Shown here piece by piece: positions 1 through 8,711 of a stretch of 64,000 bases of DNA; the first letter of the stretch is position 1, and every line of letters starts with the position of its first letter. Source of the stretch: Candidatus Sumerlaeaceae bacterium (GTDB taxonomy: Bacteria; Sumerlaeota; Sumerlaeia; Sumerlaeales; Sumerlaeaceae); assembly GCA_049968255.1 (NCBI GenBank), contig JBMFRB010000002.1:32001-96000 (forward strand), in the 5' to 3' direction. The notes beneath the pieces were generated by a model. The model had not been told where the DNA came from and did not search any database. It was given only the letters and a program-made list of their open reading frames with translations. A program made the position numbers and the translations under genes.

Positions 1-795
1 AAGCCCGGAAAACTCGAAATCTGCCACGGCGGCACAATTTTTCTTGACGAAATCGGCGAAATCCCCCTGACCACGCAGAAAAAATTACTTCGAGTCCTTG
101 AGACCGGCGAGATCGAAAAGGTTGGGAGCACTCGAGGCATTCGGGTGGACGTCCGTATTATTGCCGCCACGAACCAAGATTTAGAATCACTCATTGCCCA
201 GAACCTTTTCCGTGCCGATCTTTACTATCGTCTGCGCGTAGTAGAAATCCGCATGCCACCCTTGCGAGAGAGACGCGAGGACATCGTCCCCCTCGTGGAT
301 TACTTTGTTACGCGGGTAGCCCGTCAGCTCAGACGTGAGAAACCTGAGTTTACCCGCGACGCGTTGGAGCTACTTCACAATTATTCGTGGCCCGGCAACG
401 TTCGAGAGCTAGAAAACTTGATAAAAAATTGTTTCGTCCGTATCCCCACGAACCTTATTCGTGCAAGCGATCTTGCTGGACTACTCACACAGCCAATTGC
501 ACCGGCCGCGTCTCATACCAAAGCCGAGCATGTGGTGCGAAGCGCAAGAAAATGCGCAACCGTCTGCGACGAGGCAACGATTCGTGCTCTCTTCGAACAG
601 ATTCTTGCTTCGCAGCCGCTTCCGCCAGGGTTCGATGCCTTCGATCTCATTGAGCAACAACTTTTGAAGCTCGCGCTCATCCACTGCCACGGTAACAAGT
701 CGCGAGCTGCGCGGCTGTTAGGGATTAGCCGAAATACAGTCCGCAAGCGTGTGAAAAAGTATGGTCTCACGGAATTGACGGATGGCGAGGCATGA
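1..795 (+). CDS. Sigma-54-dependent transcriptional activator (NtrC family), 5'-truncated by the window edge
   Basis: Frame 1 is open from base 1 (KPGKLEICHGGTIFLDEIGE, Walker B), then DVRIIAATN, FRADLYYRL, WPGNVRELEN and a C-terminal Fis-type HTH (GNKSRAARLLGISRNT). Confidence 0.93.
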   Translation, partial: KPGKLEICHGGTIFLDEIGEIPLTTQKKLLRVLETGEIEKVGSTRGIRVDVRIIAATNQDLESLIAQNLFRADLYYRLRVVEIRMPPLRERREDIVPLVDYFVTRVARQLRREKPEFTRDALELLHNYSWPGNVRELENLIKNCFVRIPTNLIRASDLAGLLTQPIAPAASHTKAEHVVRSARKCATVCDEATIRALFEQILASQPLPPGFDAFDLIEQQLLKLALIHCHGNKSRAARLLGISRNTVRKRVKKYGLTELTDGEA

Positions 796-2000
796 GTGGT
801 GCCGAACTGAACGATCGCATCGAATCAGACTTTGCAGAAAACCTGTGCGGTGCACGCATTTTCGTCGTGGCCAACGCCTTGGAAGCTGACGCGCCGACCC
901 GTCTACTTCTGGCGATAGCGGCTCGGTTGCGAGAGTTAGGTGGCGACTGCCACTTTTTTGCCTGGTCACGCGGCGGTGTGCTCGCCTCTGAAATCACGCA
1001 AGCTCTCGGCAAAACCCCGTTGGTCCTTCGTAGCCCAAATGGTGGCGACGTAGGGGCAATGCGTAGTTTCGCTGCGACTCTTGCAAGAGAGAAACCGCAA
1101 GTTGTCCATGCAATTCTCACACGTCCAGGAATAGTCGTACCCCCAATAACTAAGTTGGTGTCGACAACAAAAGTTGTGTTGACCCAGCACGGCACACACG
1201 AATGGAGCGAGTGTCGCCCCATCCCTGCTTCTCTCGTTCGTCGGGCATTTTGTTTTTCAGCCATGTTCGCCGATGCCATCGTTGCTGTATCTCGCTCTGT
1301 CGCGCAGGAGCTCACACGGGGCATTCCACGAGTAGCCAACAAAATCGTTGTGATTCCAAATGGAGTGGACACGCGGAAGTTTAGTCCGGAAAAACGTCAG
1401 CAGAGAGCCCTGGTGAGGGCCCGCTTGTTCGGGGGAAACGCTCACGATGAGTTCTTTTTAGTAGGGGGTGCGGGAAACCTGCGTCCCATTAAAGGCTATG
1501 ACGTTTTAGTGAAAGCCGCCCGCCTGCTCAAGCATCGCGCGAATTTGCGTTTTGTTGTGTGGGGCGACGGCGAGCAGCGTCAGGCTCTCGAAGAACTCCT
1601 TCGGACGTTCGAGCTTCAAGACCGCTTTTTGTTGCCAGGTTGGACAGAAGATATAGCGGCGTGCATGGCGGCCTGTGATTGTTTCGTGCAGCCATCGCGT
1701 GGGGAATCCTTTGGCCTTGCGGCGGCGGAGGCGATGGCCTGTGGCGTGCCTGTCATCGCGAGCGATGTCGGAGGGCTTGCCGAGCTAATCCAGGACGGGG
1801 TGACGGGATTGTTGGTGCCGCCCGAAGCTCCGCGCGCACTGGCCCTGACCCTAGACTACGTCATCGACCGACCACATTTGCGCGAATTGATGGGGCGAGC
1901 CGCCCGCCAGAGAATCTGCGCATGCTTTTCCATGGAGCGCATGCAGCACGAGCACTTGCAACTTTACGCTACACTGCTTCAAAAAAAATCCAATGAGTAA
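792..2000 (+). CDS. Glycosyltransferase family 4 (GT-B)
   Basis: IPNGVD, K-G-Y-D, and PSRGESFGLAAAEAMACGVPVIASDVGG (EX7E) motifs; ATGA overlap with the upstream gene. Confidence 0.92.
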   Translation: MSGAELNDRIESDFAENLCGARIFVVANALEADAPTRLLLAIAARLRELGGDCHFFAWSRGGVLASEITQALGKTPLVLRSPNGGDVGAMRSFAATLAREKPQVVHAILTRPGIVVPPITKLVSTTKVVLTQHGTHEWSECRPIPASLVRRAFCFSAMFADAIVAVSRSVAQELTRGIPRVANKIVVIPNGVDTRKFSPEKRQQRALVRARLFGGNAHDEFFLVGGAGNLRPIKGYDVLVKAARLLKHRANLRFVVWGDGEQRQALEELLRTFELQDRFLLPGWTEDIAACMAACDCFVQPSRGESFGLAAAEAMACGVPVIASDVGGLAELIQDGVTGLLVPPEAPRALALTLDYVIDRPHLRELMGRAARQRICACFSMERMQHEHLQLYATLLQKKSNE

Positions 2001-2994
2001 GTTCGTTGTGCGAGAGATTGAAAACCACGAGCGAGACACGTGGGATGAATTTGTTATGCGTTCGCGCCAGGGCACGCTCTTCCACACTTCGGGCTGGTGT
2101 GAAACTCTGCGGCGAGCGCTAGCTCCTGCAGAACCTGTTATTCTTGGATGTTTCGAAGGAAGCGACCTTGTTGGGGGATGCGTTTTCCTTGAGCGCGAAC
2201 GGTTCGGTATGCGCACCGCCGTGACACCTCTCCTCACTCCCTATTCGGGATTTCTTTCGGAACCTCCGCTTGCTGAGAAATTGTCGGACAATGTTTCCCG
2301 TGAGCACGCCATACTCGAAGCCTTGTGTGCGTATCTTCTCGACAGCTATACCTATCTGAACCTGGTTCTGGCACCCCACTTAGAAGATATTCGGCCTTTG
2401 CAGCAAGCGGGCTTCAATATTAGTCCGCGGTTCACTTACTACCTGAACATGCGTCTTTCGGCGGAGGAACACTGGCGGCGCTTCGACGGTAGCGCGCGTC
2501 GGCAAATAAAAAAAGCCGAGCGACAGCAATGGGAGCTTTCCTCACGCTTGCCCCTCGACCTAGCTTACGAGCTTTTTGCCGGCAATTTTGCCCGTCGCGG
2601 CGAATCGTGTCCGGTTAGCTACGACCTGTTCATCGCGGCGGCAGAACACCGTGGACCAGATCGCCTGCGTGAGGTGTTTGCGGTGTGGCACGGAGAACGG
2701 CTCGCAGGCTTTGTCGTGGTGCTCGGCTATAACCGCACCCTCTACTACGCACTCGCAGCTCATGATGCCGAGTATCTTTCGCACGGAGTCAGTTCGTTTC
2801 TGGTATGGGAAATCATCAAACGTTATTCGGGGGTCGAATGGTTTACCTTTGATTTCGTCGGCGCCAACATCCCCTCTATCGCGCGTTTCAAAGAAAACTT
2901 CAATCCTCGCCTTCAGCTCTATTTTCAAGTGGAGCACTATGGCTCATCGTTTCTAAAACTTGGGAAAGGGCTTCTCGACCGCGTACGCTCGTGA
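1993..2994 (+). CDS. FemAB-like / double GNAT-fold acyltransferase, polysaccharide-associated
   Basis: WDEFV..S.QGTLFH..GW, RRQIKKA and FDFVGAN..SIARFKENF motifs typical of FemAB-related GNAT proteins; overlaps the GT4 stop. Confidence 0.8.
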   Translation: MSKFVVREIENHERDTWDEFVMRSRQGTLFHTSGWCETLRRALAPAEPVILGCFEGSDLVGGCVFLERERFGMRTAVTPLLTPYSGFLSEPPLAEKLSDNVSREHAILEALCAYLLDSYTYLNLVLAPHLEDIRPLQQAGFNISPRFTYYLNMRLSAEEHWRRFDGSARRQIKKAERQQWELSSRLPLDLAYELFAGNFARRGESCPVSYDLFIAAAEHRGPDRLREVFAVWHGERLAGFVVVLGYNRTLYYALAAHDAEYLSHGVSSFLVWEIIKRYSGVEWFTFDFVGANIPSIARFKENFNPRLQLYFQVEHYGSSFLKLGKGLLDRVRS

Positions 2995-3523
2995 CTGTCT
3001 CAGGCGATAATTGTCTAATAAGCTTTGCTGGATTTCCTGCAATGACGCAGTACCCCTCGGGAAAACTTTCGGTGACCACGCTCCCGGCACCGACAATCGT
3101 ATGGTCACCAAGCTGAACTCCAGGCAACACAACCGAATTCATTCCCACCCAACAGAAGTTTCCGATCCGAATCGGCGGTGCAGGAATGTGCTTGTTGAGG
3201 TCGGAGGGATCGTGATTGGCGCTGATCAGCCCTACGTTCGGCGCAAAAATGCTGTAATCGCCGATCTCGATTCCATTGATGGCTTGGATATAGCACCCTG
3301 GCATATCACCAGGATACGAGCCTTTCCCCAGTATGACCCGTTCCGGACAGACCACACGCGACGTAAAGTGCACGGGCCACGGGACTTTGGAGTTGATCCG
3401 AAAAACATGTTTGAAAAACAGGTACTGAAGATACGATCCCGTGTCGACGAGTTCCGGAATGCCTAGCACACGGCGCAGGGTTTGCCTGATTTTTCGACCC
3501 AATTGATCCTGCTTTGGTCTCAT
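2900..3523 (-). CDS. Hexapeptide-repeat (LbH) sugar O-acyltransferase
   Basis: IEIGDYSIFAPNVGLISANHD, IGNFCWVGMNSVVLPGVQLG and VIAGNPAK motifs; likely start is ATG 3523 (MRPKQ), not 3670. Confidence 0.88.
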   Translation of the reverse strand: MRPKQDQLGRKIRQTLRRVLGIPELVDTGSYLQYLFFKHVFRINSKVPWPVHFTSRVVCPERVILGKGSYPGDMPGCYIQAINGIEIGDYSIFAPNVGLISANHDPSDLNKHIPAPPIRIGNFCWVGMNSVVLPGVQLGDHTIVGAGSVVTESFPEGYCVIAGNPAKLIRQLSPETVTSVRGREALSQVLETMSHSAPLENRAEGED

Positions 3524-3563
3524 AGTCTTTTTTCCGAAGGCTGCTCGTAAATGGTTTTGGTAC

Positions 3564-4508
3564 TTGTTTATGTCAGTGCGTTTGCCATATAAATTTAGTA
3601 TCGTGTCGCTAGTTTCAAAGCTTCGGTTCACTGTGGTGCTTGTTCTCGGGCTTGGCGTGGCCAGTCGCAATGCAGTCGGCCAGGAGATGGCGATCCTTGC
3701 TGCTGCACTCGATGTTTGCGCGCTCGATACAGGCTATTATGTCGCCCTCGAAGCGCTTGATGATACTTCCGACCCTCTTTCTTACCCTTCTTACAATTAC
3801 ATCGATGATCAAGGAGGTTCCTACGTCATTCGTCCGTGGGAAGGCCGTTTTTCTTCGTCACTTGTGAAGCTTGCCGATGCTGCATTTGCTTGGCGTGGCC
3901 CCTACGTGACATATCAGCCCAGCCGGACACAGCAAACCGCGGGACCTTACGACCGAGGATCCCCCCTCGACCCGTGGGGAAATCCTTATTACTTTTTCTC
4001 ACCACTTGGACTTCTCCGAGGCGACACTGGATCGGTGACCTTGGAGCTTTACGGTGACCAGTTCGACCGTTATACTTTCGTCTCCCTTGGGCCGGATGGC
4101 GTGCAAAGCAATGACGATCTTATTTATCAGTTTGGCCCAGGGCTTACCGTCCACGCAATCTCTAGCCTGCGCGGGTCTCATGTTATTCCGCTTACGGCAG
4201 GGTCGTACATGCAGTTTCTAGGGAAGGACGAAAGCATTACTCAGTATCGTGTGGCATCCGGAAGTCTACTCACGGTGCGCGGAATCAATCTTTTCGATGC
4301 TCAAGGCCACGCCACGGTTTGGTGGGGGAGTGTCGAGCTTTCTGACGTCGTCACTACTTCAGCGCGCGAGATTACGGTTCGTGTGCCGGATTCGCTACAA
4401 GGCACAAATCTGCTCAGAGTCAGGACGCCTGGCGGGGGAGAAACAAACAGCATTCGCACAGACTTTGTTATTTTTACGCCCGCATGCGACTGGATGCTCT
4501 ACGATTAG
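3564..4508 (+). CDS. Secreted protein with GspG (T2SS major pseudopilin)-like head domain and C-terminal IPT/TIG-like Ig domain
   Basis: Hydrophobic N-terminus ending AVG|QE; EMAILAAALD..LDTGYY, WRGPY, DPWGNPYYF and SLGPDG..DD match the T2SS-G globular domain; GSLLTVRGIN..ITVRVP resembles IPT/TIG. Confidence 0.7.
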   Translation: MFMSVRLPYKFSIVSLVSKLRFTVVLVLGLGVASRNAVGQEMAILAAALDVCALDTGYYVALEALDDTSDPLSYPSYNYIDDQGGSYVIRPWEGRFSSSLVKLADAAFAWRGPYVTYQPSRTQQTAGPYDRGSPLDPWGNPYYFFSPLGLLRGDTGSVTLELYGDQFDRYTFVSLGPDGVQSNDDLIYQFGPGLTVHAISSLRGSHVIPLTAGSYMQFLGKDESITQYRVASGSLLTVRGINLFDAQGHATVWWGSVELSDVVTTSAREITVRVPDSLQGTNLLRVRTPGGGETNSIRTDFVIFTPACDWMLYD

Positions 4509-4543
4509 TCTGGTAATCTCTTTATGATTCCCGTGTCGGTCTG

Positions 4544-5428
4544 TCACAAAAATTCGCGGACAATCTCTTCGATACTTGCCTGATGCTCACTTTTTTTTAG
4601 TGCTTTTTCGCGAATTTCTCCCACCCTATCCGCCAACGTTGGCTCCTGGCGCACATAAATGACGCCCATGGGGAAAAACCTCTCGCATTTTGCCTGAAAA
4701 GCAAGCTTCAGGGCTGCCTCGTAGTCCGAGGGATCGTAGCCTTCCGGCAGTGGCCGCGTATGAGCTTTATAATAATCACGATCCATGCTAGGATTAAACG
4801 TCACACACGGTGACAAGCAGTTGATAAAGCTCATCCCGCGGTGTCGCAGTCCCAACAGGAACATTTCTGTCATGTGATTGGGATCGTGGCTAGCCGTTTG
4901 CGCCACAAACGTTGCCCCCATGGTCAGAGCAGCCCAGATAGGTTCCACTGGTGGCTCGAAGGCACCATAAGGAGTAGACTTGGTCTTCATCCCGAGCTCG
5001 CTGGTGGGTGCCACTTGTCCCTTGGTCATGCCGTAGATCTGGTTATCCATCAGGATGTAGGTAATGTCGACGTTACGACGCATCGCGTGAAAGAAATGGT
5101 TTCCGCCAATCGCGAGAGCATCACCATCACCGCCGGTTGCAATGACAGTGATGTCCGGCCGCGCGAGTTTGAGACCTGTTGCCACTGCAAGAGCTCGACC
5201 ATGAACCGAGTGGAAACCGTAGGTGTTCATAAAAAACGGAAAACGACTTGAACAGCCGATCCCTGAAACGATGGTGATCTCTTCTTCCGGGCGTCCGTAC
5301 GCAAGCAGCGCTCTGTCAAGAGCGGCCAAGACACTGTAATCACCGCAGCCGGCGCACCAAGTTGGACGTTGGCTTCCACGGTACGTCTTTTTTCCTGGCT
5401 TGGCTGATGCAGTTGTGGTTTCACTCAT
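4544..5428 (-). CDS. korB: 2-oxoacid:ferredoxin oxidoreductase beta subunit (TPP-binding)
   Basis: WCAGCGD, SGIGCSSR, HGRA, GGDGDA..IGGNH, DNQIYGMTKGQ and SPCVTFN motifs. Confidence 0.93.
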   Translation of the reverse strand: MSETTTASAKPGKKTYRGSQRPTWCAGCGDYSVLAALDRALLAYGRPEEEITIVSGIGCSSRFPFFMNTYGFHSVHGRALAVATGLKLARPDITVIATGGDGDALAIGGNHFFHAMRRNVDITYILMDNQIYGMTKGQVAPTSELGMKTKSTPYGAFEPPVEPIWAALTMGATFVAQTASHDPNHMTEMFLLGLRHRGMSFINCLSPCVTFNPSMDRDYYKAHTRPLPEGYDPSDYEAALKLAFQAKCERFFPMGVIYVRQEPTLADRVGEIREKALKKSEHQASIEEIVREFL

Positions 5429-7263
5429 TGCGAGACCTCCTGAGAAACTTTGCGGTCTAGGTGCGTAAAAATTCCGGCGCGTATATCTGCGGGCGAGAAC
5501 GGCAATCCGTCGTCTTTCGTGATACTGATGACTTTGACCTTATTCTCCAGCAGCTCTTTTGTAAAGTGTGCGCGCAGCAGTTCCGCGAATTGGGCGGTTG
5601 CGTTAAGCTCGGGAATGAAAACGGTACGAATCCCGCTTTCTAAGAAACTGCGGATAGCTACTTCTGGCAGTGGCCACAGAACATGTGGCAGAAGAGCGCG
5701 GAACCTAAGTCCCTCATTCTCGAGTTCACGAATTGTTTCTAGGGCAACCGGCGCCGTGGCGCCCCAGCTCATGAGGCCTAGCGTTGTTTCCACGCCAGTG
5801 TCGTACTTGAAAGTTGTTCCGCGAAAAGCTCGGGCGATCGCTTCCATGCGCTTCAGCCGACGGGCGACCATGCGTGAACGCATTAGGGGAGCGAAATCAG
5901 GATCGCCGAACTCATTATGTTCGAGTCCGCCGCATCGGTACATGCCTTCGGCAAATCCAGGAATCGAACGCGGCACAGGCATTCCGTCATCGGTCAACGG
6001 ATAGCGCTTGAACGGCCGCGGACCCGTCTCGGGATCCCAGAATTTCTCTTCGTAAATCTCAAGTTTTTCGAAATCCGGCGGATCAATCGTTTGCATCCGG
6101 TGGCTTAGCGATTGACTCGACAGCACGATCACGGGGATCTGGAATTTGTGCGCTACGTTGACGGCGCGGATTGTCTGAGTGAAACAGTCAGAGACTGTCT
6201 GCGGGGCAATGACGACGCGAGGGATCTCGCCATGCGAGCCGTAAGCTGCAAGGACGAGGTCACCTTGCGCTTCTTTCGTGGGCATGCCCGTCGATGGACC
6301 GGCCCGCTGTACGTCTACCACAACCACAGGGAGTTCCGCCATTCCGGCCAGGCCCAGCAATTCGATCATCAAAGAAAGCCCCGGGCCACTGGTCGCAGTC
6401 ATCGCCTTTACGCCGCCATAGGAGGCGCCGATGCACATCGCCAGCGATGCGATTTCATCCTCGGCTTGCAGCATAAGCCCTCCGACCTTGGGGAGCTGAG
6501 CTGCTAGCCACTCCATGATCTCGCTGGCCGGGGTGATGGGGTAGCCCGCGAAGAATCGCACACCGGCTGTCAGTGCTCCCAGAGCGACAGCCTCGTTGCC
6601 AGAAAGCAAAAGGCGCGCGGTGTCATCAGATGGCGGAAATGTCCGTCCCGCCACAAGTCCTTGAAACTTCGTTCCTTCTTCGTAACCCCCCCGCAGAGCG
6701 TTGCGATTTGCTGCGACAACATCAGGTCCTTTTGATGCGAACAGCTGTTCCACGGCGCTCTCAGCTGTTTCAAGATCGAGGCCGAGCAACCCAAGCAGGG
6801 CCCCCGCCGCTGCGATGTTTTTGCTTCGGGCAGTGCCAGCTTCGCTTTCGGCGATTTCTTTGAAATCAACCTCCATGACTTGGGCGTGGGCCGGAATTTC
6901 CTCGCAGCGTCCTCCAAACGGCGGATGTATGACAATCGCCCCGGGAGGCACCTTGGGCCCATTGTCCGCTACCGCCTGCCTGTTCAGTGCTACGAGAATA
7001 TCAGGTTCATTGCCTTGCGACAAAAGCGGCTCGTCCGAGATGCGCGCCTGGAACGTCACTTGTCCGCCACGCACAACTGCCAGAAACGTGCTGAATGTAT
7101 AAACTTGATAACCTAACCGCGCCGCCACCCGCGCAAAGAATTTTCCCATCGAGATGATTCCGTCGCCGGAATCACCTTCAAATCGTATGGTGAGACTCCG
7201 TTGACTGTCCGCCACAGTATGCCTCTCAACTTTTTCAGTGTGCCGTTCAGGCTTGAAAACCAC
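5425..7263 (-). CDS. korA: 2-oxoacid:ferredoxin oxidoreductase alpha subunit (gamma-alpha fusion)
   Basis: GDSGDGI, SGNEA, GYPITPASE, QAEDEIA, TATSGPG and QRAGPSTGMPTK motifs; overlaps the beta gene by ATGA. Confidence 0.93.
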   Translation of the reverse strand: MVFKPERHTEKVERHTVADSQRSLTIRFEGDSGDGIISMGKFFARVAARLGYQVYTFSTFLAVVRGGQVTFQARISDEPLLSQGNEPDILVALNRQAVADNGPKVPPGAIVIHPPFGGRCEEIPAHAQVMEVDFKEIAESEAGTARSKNIAAAGALLGLLGLDLETAESAVEQLFASKGPDVVAANRNALRGGYEEGTKFQGLVAGRTFPPSDDTARLLLSGNEAVALGALTAGVRFFAGYPITPASEIMEWLAAQLPKVGGLMLQAEDEIASLAMCIGASYGGVKAMTATSGPGLSLMIELLGLAGMAELPVVVVDVQRAGPSTGMPTKEAQGDLVLAAYGSHGEIPRVVIAPQTVSDCFTQTIRAVNVAHKFQIPVIVLSSQSLSHRMQTIDPPDFEKLEIYEEKFWDPETGPRPFKRYPLTDDGMPVPRSIPGFAEGMYRCGGLEHNEFGDPDFAPLMRSRMVARRLKRMEAIARAFRGTTFKYDTGVETTLGLMSWGATAPVALETIRELENEGLRFRALLPHVLWPLPEVAIRSFLESGIRTVFIPELNATAQFAELLRAHFTKELLENKVKVISITKDDGLPFSPADIRAGIFTHLDRKVSQEVSQ

Positions 7264-7417
7264 CCCAGGGCTCTCTTTTGCTATACCTCATGAAAAGGGC
7301 AACATTTGGCAAATCAAGAGCTGATTTGGACCAGCCGGTCATCAAGTTTGAATCTTTTTAATTTCGGCAAGCTGAAAAACGAACTCGTTTCGCGAAAGTT
7401 GTCCCTTTAGCCTGGAA

Positions 7418-7446
7418 TTGACAAAGATGAGCGAAAGGCGGATGCT
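7418..7446 (+). promoter_or_regulatory. Putative sigma-70 promoter; predicted +1 falls at or near ATG 7453 (leaderless)
   Basis: Perfect TTGACA at 7418-7423, 17-nt spacer, GATGCT at 7441-7446; no SD before ATG 7453. Confidence 0.4.
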
Positions 7447-7452
7447 CAAATA

Positions 7453-8022
7453 ATGAGTTCCCCAGTTTTGGCTTTTACGGGTTTCGCTTTGCAGTTGTTC
7501 TCGATCTGCGTTTGGATTGGCGGACTGATTTATTTCGCGGTCATTGCCTCGCGCGTGGCGTTCCGCATCTTGGGCAATCGAAGCCTCGCCGGAGATTTTA
7601 CAGCAGCCTGCCTCCGGCGTTTTCAGGGCCTCGAGGTCACAGCAGCCTTACTTCTTCTTTGCGGCGCCGGTTTCCTCTATGTGGCGCAGATATCTTCTTT
7701 CGCTCTCTGGGTGGATGTCGCTCTTACCGTGGCCATGTTCGTCTTGTTTGCCATTTATGGTGGAATTTTTCTGCCAAAGGCCGACTCGCTGCGCCTCGCG
7801 CTTCGTGATGCTGAGATCTACGGTCGCGAATCGGAACCGGCACTCGTGCAAAGTTTTCACGAGCTACATGTCTGGTACGCCAGGCTTGCAGCTGCAAACA
7901 TTGTCTTGGGAATCGCCCTTCTTTTGGTCCTGACCTTCCTGGCCATGCAGTGTGGCCAAATGCTTTCCGGCTCTGAGTTTGACACGGTGATGTTCGGAGG
8001 AACACCGACTCCGTGGCCCTGA
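7453..8022 (+). CDS. DUF4149/TMEM205-like membrane protein
   Basis: Four TM segments; WIGG..F..V.A..AF..L and F..LH motifs. Confidence 0.72.
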   Translation: MSSPVLAFTGFALQLFSICVWIGGLIYFAVIASRVAFRILGNRSLAGDFTAACLRRFQGLEVTAALLLLCGAGFLYVAQISSFALWVDVALTVAMFVLFAIYGGIFLPKADSLRLALRDAEIYGRESEPALVQSFHELHVWYARLAAANIVLGIALLLVLTFLAMQCGQMLSGSEFDTVMFGGTPTPWP

Positions 8023-8699
8023 TTCGCGCCGAGAATCTAAAAAAAGAATATCACACGAAAACAGGAATGATCCGCGTCCTCGACGGTGTGGAACTTGAGC
8101 TCGATTGTGGGCAAATCCTGGCCATAGTCGGCCATAGCGGGTGCGGAAAAACCACGCTTCTCAATCTTCTTGGTGGCCTCGATACTCCCACTGCTGGACG
8201 CGTTTATTTCAAGGGCCGAGCTCTCGGGGACCTCGACGATACGCAATTAGCCGCCTATCGGAACAAGCACGTCGGCTACTTGTTTCAGTCCTATCTTCTT
8301 CAGCCCCGACGTCGAGCTGTCGAAAACGTTGTGCTTCCCCTGCTCCTGGCAGGTGTGTCACTGCGCGAGGCTCGCAAGCGAGCCACCTCAGCCTTGGAAG
8401 AAGTGGGGATGGATGAACTGGCGTATGCCTTAGTCGCAGAACTCTCCGGAGGGCAGTGCCAACGTGTTGCCCTTGCTCGTGCAATCGTCAACCAGCCCGA
8501 AATCCTCCTCGTGGACGAGCCAACTGGCAATCTTGACACACAGACAAGTCTCGAAATCTTTGAGCTATTGCTTGAGTACAACCGGCGTCGCAATGCAACG
8601 CTGGTCATCGTTACTCATGATCCACTCGTAGAAAAATTCCATTTACCTCTCGCAACAATTGAGGACGGCAAACTTAAGCCACATACGGGACGGGTGTAG
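8013..8699 (+). CDS. ABC transporter ATP-binding protein (LolD/MacB-like)
   Basis: Walker A GHSGCGKTT, signature LSGGQCQRV, DEPTGNLD and VTHD. Confidence 0.92.
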   Translation: MALIRAENLKKEYHTKTGMIRVLDGVELELDCGQILAIVGHSGCGKTTLLNLLGGLDTPTAGRVYFKGRALGDLDDTQLAAYRNKHVGYLFQSYLLQPRRRAVENVVLPLLLAGVSLREARKRATSALEEVGMDELAYALVAELSGGQCQRVALARAIVNQPEILLVDEPTGNLDTQTSLEIFELLLEYNRRRNATLVIVTHDPLVEKFHLPLATIEDGKLKPHTGRV

Positions 8700-8711
8700 G
8701 GGAGAGCTGTT

